Part shown: positions 60,872 to 64,000 of the stretch, one piece after another
How the letters are laid out: each line of letters begins with the position of its first letter
Numbering within the stretch: the first letter of the stretch is position 1
Assembly (NCBI GenBank): GCA_963752285.1
Contig: CAVVXN010000001.1
Span: 32,001 to 96,000, forward strand
Direction: 5' to 3'
Length of the DNA stretch: 64,000 nt
Source: an uncultured Planctomycetota bacterium
GTDB taxonomy: Bacteria; Planctomycetota; PLA2; JAEUHO01
Position numbers and translations under genes: made by a program
The notes under the pieces: model-generated
Told to the model about the DNA's origin: nothing
What the model saw: the letters and a program-made list of their open reading frames with translations, nothing else
Database searches by the model: none

Positions 60872-61366
60872 TCACGGGTGCGACGGGGCCGCGTGGGCGA
60901 GGTCCCCGACGACGCGGATCGCGTGGTGGCCCGTGAGGCGCTCGACGGGGCTCCAGTCGATCCGGTCCGCGGCCCCGCGGGTCTCGCGGACCTCCAGGAC
61001 GCGACCGGGTGCCAACGGGAACGGCTCGGTGTGCCACACCCCCGCGTCGATCGACACGCCCTCCCCGGGGGCGGTCCTCAGCGCCGCGGCGCGCGGTCCA
61101 TCGGGCGTGACGACCAGCAACACGACGAGGAGCGGCGCGGGGCCGAGCGCGACGACCACGCGCTCGGTCGAGACGTGGCGCTCGAGCCTCTCGAAGCGAG
61201 GCGGCGCGGCCTCGAGGTTCGCGATGGACACCGTGACGCCGGCGGTCGCATCGAGGCGCAGGTGCCGGCCCGGGGCGAGCAGGCGCCCGTAGGGCCGGAG
61301 CGCCTCCGCGCTCGCGGGCACCACCTCGAGCCTCAGGTCGCCGAGAGCGCCCCGCGCGGCCACCAT
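60872..61366 (-). CDS. Ureidoglycolate lyase-like cupin
   Basis: EAL.PYG, LERH, PGEGV.I.AGVWH. Confidence 0.65.
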   Translation of the reverse strand: MVAARGALGDLRLEVVPASAEALRPYGRLLAPGRHLRLDATAGVTVSIANLEAAPPRFERLERHVSTERVVVALGPAPLLVVLLVVTPDGPRAAALRTAPGEGVSIDAGVWHTEPFPLAPGRVLEVRETRGAADRIDWSPVERLTGHHAIRVVGDLAHAAPSHP

Positions 61367-61372
61367 CGCCGG

Positions 61373-63787
61373 TCACATGTCTACGGCGAGACTCGCGAAG
61401 AACGACAGGCCGGGCGCGGGCAGGCGGCTCGCCGGCGGCACGTAGCTCGCGTCGAAGAGGTTCGTCACGCCGAAGTTCAGGAACGCGTCGTGGTAGTCGC
61501 CGAAGTCGAGCCCGGTGCCCAAGAGCACTTCGCCCGTGACGTAGCTGTCGCCGCCCGTGTACCCGTGCTCCGCGTTCGACGCGCCGTAGACCGCCGCGTC
61601 GGCGAACCAGCGGCGAACTCGGTAGCCGCGCGGCTGCGGGACGGAGTACCGCGTACCGAGGCGCCAGAGGAGGGGCACGTTCGCGACGACCGAGGTGTCG
61701 GTGGACCGCGTCGTGCCGAACGACCCGTAGAGCTCGGCGCCCTCGAGCGTCCGCCAGGGCCGCCACGCGCCGGTCAGCTCGAGCCCGTAGAGCGTTACGT
61801 CGCCGACGTTGTCGAGCTCCGCCGTGGGGCCGAGGATCGGCGCGATCTCCCGCTCGCCGATGAAGTCGTGGACGTAGTGGCCGAAGCCCGCGACCTGGAA
61901 GGAGCCGCAGTCCCCGACCGAAGCCTTGAGGCCGGCCTCGCCGTTCACGTTGAGCTCGGGGTCGAGGTCCGGGTTGCCGAACACGAGGCGGCCGTTCACC
62001 ACCGTGGTCGCGTTGCGCTCGTCGAGCGTGGGTCGCCGCCACCCGCCGGAGGCGTTGGCGTACGCGGTGAGCCACGGACGCAGGTGCCGTGCGACGCCGC
62101 CGGCGCCGCCCACCAGGACCTTCGTGATGCTCTGGTCCACGCGGTTGTCGGAGTTGTGGTAGACGTCGACGCGGATCCCCGCGTGCGTGTCCCAGCACTC
62201 GGAGTGCGACTGGTCCTCCACGAGGAGGCTCGCAAACCACTCCTCGGCCGTGTAGCGCCGCGTGAGCTGGGTGCCGAAGCCGATCGTCTGGAACGTGCGT
62301 CCGTCGAGGAGCTGCGCCGCCAGGATCGAGCTCGAGTCGTCCGCGAGGACGCCGTCGCCGATCTTCGGGGCCGTCGTCGGCTGGCAGCACTGCGCCGTGT
62401 CGCCGATGATCGTCTCCTGGCGCTTCAGCCGCGCATAGCCGACGGTCAGCTCGGCCCACGTGTCGTGGCAGGGGAAGAGGTACAGGTTGCCCTGCAGGTT
62501 GAACTGGTAGCGCTTCGCGTCGTCCTGGCCCCCGATGCCGGTCGAGTAGCCGTAGAACGAGTCGTCGGTTTTGGCGAGGAACGAGTCGAGCGCGATCGAC
62601 GCCTTCGTGCCCGTGAACACGCCGCCGAGGTCGAACGAGGTGAACGAGAGCGCGAGGAAGAACCGGTCGTAGTCGGGGACGGGGCCGCCGGGTCCGATCG
62701 CCGTCGGGCTGTGTACGTCGTAGCCCTTCACGTACTGCGCCGTCACGCCGATCCGGCTGCGGTTGTCGATGAAGTAGTCGAGCGCGAGGTCCGCGGCCCA
62801 CGACCGGTACGAGGACTCGTCGAGGATCGAGCCGTCCCCCAGGAGACGGTCGCCGCGGCGTGTCCACGTCCCGCCGACGAGGGCGGCGATGCGGTCGCGA
62901 CCGACGTCGGCCTCGGCGCGGCCTCGAATGCCGCGCGTCGCGGAGTCGTAGCCCACCGCGCCGCCGACGTCGGCCGAGAGGCAACCGTGCCGGCGCGGGC
63001 GCCGCGGGACGATGTTGATCATGCCCCCCGGGCTGTCGAGCCCCTTCAGGTACACGCCCGGACCGTGGTACAGCTCGACCCGCTCCGTGGACTCGACGTC
63101 CCAGAGCGTGAGCGAGGAGCCGAGGAGGCCGAGCACGTCGCTCGTCGGCCACACGCCGTCGGTCAGCACCTTCACCCGCGTCCCGCCGAGGCCGCGGATC
63201 ACGGGGAGCTCTAGGAACGGGTTCCCGTTGTCGGCCACGATCACGTTGGGGAGGCGGCGGGCGATGTCGCCGATGTCCATGGGCCGCCACTCGGTGAGGT
63301 CGTGGCGTTCGATCACGTCCACCCACTGCGGGACGCGCTTCACGGGCTTCACCCGGGCGTCCATCGACACCTCGCGGATGTCGTGGCGATAGAGGATCGG
63401 CCGCGGCGTGAACGGGTCGGGGGGCGGCAGGGGCGGGCCGAGGCCCACGCCGCGGCTGCGGAAGTCCTTGTCCCAGTCCCCGGGCGGCGGGGGCGGCTCG
63501 GGGGGCCGCTCGCGCACGTCCGGCCCGGGCCCGCCGGTCGGGGGCACGGGCGGGAGCGCATCTTCGGGACCGCCCGGCTCGGGCGGACGCTCGCGGGTGT
63601 CGGGCGAGGGGCCCTCGTCGGCCGGCCCCGCGTCCGGAGCCGGCGGCGGAGGCGGCGGCGCGGGCACGGCGGCGGCGGGCGGCGTTTTGGCCGGGGCGTC
63701 GTCGGCGCGCGCGACGCCCGGATGGACGAACGCCGCTCCCATGCCGACCATCACGATCCACCACCACCGCGGACGCGGGAACCTCAT
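61373..63787 (-). CDS. TonB-dependent receptor
   Basis: Plug IRGLGG.RV..L.DG, RVE...GP, GG.IN; barrel GNPDL.PE, NLFD..Y. Confidence 0.9.
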   Translation of the reverse strand: MRFPRPRWWWIVMVGMGAAFVHPGVARADDAPAKTPPAAAVPAPPPPPPAPDAGPADEGPSPDTRERPPEPGGPEDALPPVPPTGGPGPDVRERPPEPPPPPGDWDKDFRSRGVGLGPPLPPPDPFTPRPILYRHDIREVSMDARVKPVKRVPQWVDVIERHDLTEWRPMDIGDIARRLPNVIVADNGNPFLELPVIRGLGGTRVKVLTDGVWPTSDVLGLLGSSLTLWDVESTERVELYHGPGVYLKGLDSPGGMINIVPRRPRRHGCLSADVGGAVGYDSATRGIRGRAEADVGRDRIAALVGGTWTRRGDRLLGDGSILDESSYRSWAADLALDYFIDNRSRIGVTAQYVKGYDVHSPTAIGPGGPVPDYDRFFLALSFTSFDLGGVFTGTKASIALDSFLAKTDDSFYGYSTGIGGQDDAKRYQFNLQGNLYLFPCHDTWAELTVGYARLKRQETIIGDTAQCCQPTTAPKIGDGVLADDSSSILAAQLLDGRTFQTIGFGTQLTRRYTAEEWFASLLVEDQSHSECWDTHAGIRVDVYHNSDNRVDQSITKVLVGGAGGVARHLRPWLTAYANASGGWRRPTLDERNATTVVNGRLVFGNPDLDPELNVNGEAGLKASVGDCGSFQVAGFGHYVHDFIGEREIAPILGPTAELDNVGDVTLYGLELTGAWRPWRTLEGAELYGSFGTTRSTDTSVVANVPLLWRLGTRYSVPQPRGYRVRRWFADAAVYGASNAEHGYTGGDSYVTGEVLLGTGLDFGDYHDAFLNFGVTNLFDASYVPPASRLPAPGLSFFASLAVDM

Positions 63788-64000
63788 CGGTCCGTGGTCC
63801 TCCCTCGGCCCTCGCCCGGACCGCCTGGGGTCGAGCGTATCGGGCCCCGGCCCGCCCCGCAACGCGCGCTGTGGCGTGCACGGGGGCAACGGGGGTCCCA
63901 CCCACGGCGGGAATGTCCCCGAGCGGTCACGGACGCCCCGGCGGGGCGGTCCGGGGGAGGCCGGGGCGGGTTCGCTCAGCGCCGGCGGCGGGCGGGCTTG

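Overview
High-GC bacterial DNA, probably Planctomycetota-like (inferred from the HEAT/vWA proteins, tandem Ser/Thr kinase and ISAzo13). The window has two parts. Positions ~32.7-64 kb are ordinary core genome: USP, CBS protein, egtB, DsrE/YedF, kinase, SDR, secretin, sigma-28, ECF sigma/anti-sigma, LepB, HNH, acyl-CoA ligase, trxA, pepP and a TonB-dependent receptor. Positions 1-32.6 kb are a composite island anchored at tRNA-Gly(CCC) (32538-32613, minus), and it continues past the left edge. The tRNA 3' half recurs three times (28442, 23693, 20546), plus a 13-bp remnant (15307). These copies cut the island into tandem 3-5 kb integrase-less cassettes. Reading away from the tRNA, a cassette runs: att, conserved leader, orphan Rhs core with an HExxH C-terminal toxin tip, membrane-anchored putative immunity gene, convergent IS right-end remnant, type II TA pair (three of four units), conserved att arm. 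Further left is one full-length 2074-aa Rhs protein with a signal peptide and no PAAR. It lies in an operon with a GspC-like TM-PDZ gene (three copies in the window) and a HEAT-repeat gene. The best candidate for an undescribed system is this tRNA-att-delimited, TA-stabilised library of Rhs toxin/immunity tips serving a possibly T2SS-exported Rhs toxin. All family calls are by eye from motifs; no searches were run.
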